64,000 bases of DNA. It comes from Magallana gigas (lineage: Eukaryota). Shown piece by piece: positions 63,726 through 64,000 of the stretch (position 1 is its first letter; every line of letters begins with the position of its first letter). A program made the position numbers and the translations under genes. The DNA lies in the NCBI RefSeq assembly GCF_963853765.1, contig NC_088861.1:41354001-41418000 (forward strand), given 5' to 3'. The notes below the pieces were generated by a model. That model was not told where the DNA came from. It was given only the letters and a program-made list of their open reading frames with translations, and did no database searches.

Positions 63726-63817
63726 TTTGCTAGCCAAGGGTCTCTGATCCATACCGCTTCTCATCGTGACTAACGCTCGTAAGGAGCGGTGCGGATCATA
63801 AACCCTTGGCTAGCAAA
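63726..63817. repeat. 92-bp hairpin upstream of Nup205 (MITE-like)
   Basis: Perfect outer arms TTTGCTAGCCAAGGGT / ACCCTTGGCTAGCAAA; imperfect inner arms TGATCCATACCGCTTCT / AGGAGCGGTGCGGATCA; ~20-nt loop. Confidence 0.7.
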
Positions 63818-64000
63818 TATGATTTTGTATTAATTAATAAATAAGAAGTGGAGATAAACATCGCAGGACGTTAGGCATTAAGGGGGGCTGATATAGGAAG
63901 TGACCACACACTTGGCTTAGTAAAGCTGAAATTGAAATTGAGAAAAATAAAGAGAGGGAAACATTGATCACTCCAAGTTGATATGAGCAACCTCCTCAAA

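Noticed and set aside
1-64000. tRNA, rRNA, snRNA or snoRNA genes
   Set aside because: No cloverleaf, A/B-box pair, rRNA-like block or convincing C/D or H/ACA layout seen by eye; tRNAscan-SE and Infernal would be needed to exclude them fully.

Overview
AT-rich eukaryotic genomic DNA, most likely an oyster (Crassostrea/Magallana). This is inferred from the gene content, the Helentron-derived (HINE) and MITE repeats, and the abundant TACATGTA motif. There are two short N gaps. I reconstructed six intron-containing protein-coding genes by hand, checking splice sites and reading phase. (1) A minus-strand gene of ~502 aa: DZIP3/hRUL138-like HEPN domain with an intact Rx5H motif plus three disulfide-less Ig domains, with no signal peptide or TM segment. 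(2) An unrecognised 338-aa minus-strand gene head-to-head with (3) NudC (plus, 10 exons). (4) A PhyH-family 2OG/Fe(II) dioxygenase (minus, 9 exons). (5) An ENPP4/ENPP5-like ecto-phosphodiesterase (plus, 4 exons). (6) Nup205 (minus, 41 exons, 2031 aa), including a probable U12-type intron. Introns and intergenic DNA hold TTAA-flanked (Kolobok-like), TA-flanked (Tc1/mariner-like) and 8-bp-TSD (hAT-like) non-autonomous elements, HINE-like elements, a decayed Penelope GIY-YIG fragment and several minisatellites. The most notable items are the cytoplasmic HEPN-Ig3 candidate RNase/immune effector and a recurrent pattern of tandem duplications that copy exon-intron junctions (at least 8 cases in NudC and Nup205). 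No rRNA, tRNA or CRISPR array was found.
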